64,000 bases of DNA from a virus: positions 422 through 64,421 of the IMG/VR virus record IMGVR_UViG_2509276021_000001, one strand, 5' to 3'. The notes below the pieces were generated by a model that worked only from the letters and a program-made list of their open reading frames with translations, did not search any database and was not told the origin of the DNA. The position numbers were made by a program, and so were the translations under genes. Positions 63,489-64,000 of the stretch are shown here, piece by piece. The first letter of the stretch is position 1. Every line of letters begins with the position of its first letter.

Positions 63489-63946
63489 GCTGCCACCTCG
63501 GCCGAGAGAGATTGAACAATTCGGTGCTGATTTTCAGAAAGAGGCACACCATGCTCTGACAGCTTCTTCACCATCTCTGCAGCTGCGCGCGCGAAATCGC
63601 GCCGCGCCTTGGCGTTGCGCCGATCGGACAGAGCCAGGCGGATCGCCATAGCCTCGTCATCCCACAGCCGCGATACCTCGCCGTTAAAGATCGAACGGAC
63701 ACGGCGCAGTGAGATATCGGGGGAGAACTTGCGGAGATCGGTAGCGATCAGCGGATAAAGGACTTTGGCGGGCTGGCTGTCGGCGATCAACTTGCCGAGC
63801 TCACGCAGCATCGCCTGCGGGGGAGACACGCCGTACTCAGCCTCCCCCGCGTCGCCTTGGGAGGCAGCCCGTGAATTATCGTTGCTGGAAAGACTTTCCA
63901 GTCTGCCGGTCAATGTTTCCGGCACTTTGGAAACAAGACTTGGCAC
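63485..63946 (-). CDS. Early regulatory protein (CII-like position)
   Basis: HTH-like ISLRRVRSIFNGE segment; ends EVAA coupled to gcrA; function by position only. Confidence 0.55.
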   Translation of the reverse strand: MPSLVSKVPETLTGRLESLSSNDNSRAASQGDAGEAEYGVSPPQAMLRELGKLIADSQPAKVLYPLIATDLRKFSPDISLRRVRSIFNGEVSRLWDDEAMAIRLALSDRRNAKARRDFARAAAEMVKKLSEHGVPLSENQHRIVQSLSAEVAA

Positions 63947-64000
63947 TCTCTTCGCATGAACCTGCGATGGAGAAGATGATGATACGAAGTCGAAAGCGAG

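Larger units (their letters stand above)
6592..64000 (-). mobile_element. HK97-type siphoviral prophage integrated at tRNA-Pro; continues past the right edge
   Basis: tRNA fragment at the boundary plus complete packaging, head, tail, lysis and replication gene sets; integrase and repressor not in the window. Confidence 0.95.

Noticed and set aside
6639-64000. Integrase and CI repressor
   Set aside because: No tyrosine or serine recombinase and no S24-peptidase repressor found; expected beyond the right edge, so prophage intactness cannot be judged.

Overview
Bases 1-6591 are chromosome of a Rhizobiaceae bacterium, probably Sinorhizobium/Ensifer (inferred from the aapP end and an intergenic palindrome). 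They hold the aapP 3' end, small exported proteins, a DUF3597-type gene and an RTX/beta-helix protein. Bases 6592-64000 are most of an HK97-type siphoviral prophage. Its boundary is a 47-nt 3' fragment of tRNA-Pro(TGG); integrase, repressor and the second att site are not in the window. On the minus strand the prophage runs: early/replication genes (GcrA-, GapR-, RuvC-like, MT-A70 MTase, primase-helicase), HNH/cos, head, tail, lysis, then att-proximal accessory genes (DNA ligase, nuclease, HEPN protein). An 11-kb plus-strand operon (DUF932, MTase-like, beta-clamp, ParB-like) lies next to cos. The strongest oddities are: (1) a second, about 68%-identical tail-tube gene in a module with a GH16 glycosidase, next to an acyltransferase-3 moron; (2) a ~600-nt hairpin/GNRA-rich non-coding leader heading the plus-strand operon, preceded by 11-bp phased repeats; (3) a five-gene antisense cassette between cos and terS; (4) an HEPN gene at the att end. 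All family assignments come from motif recognition by eye; no database search or folding program was run.
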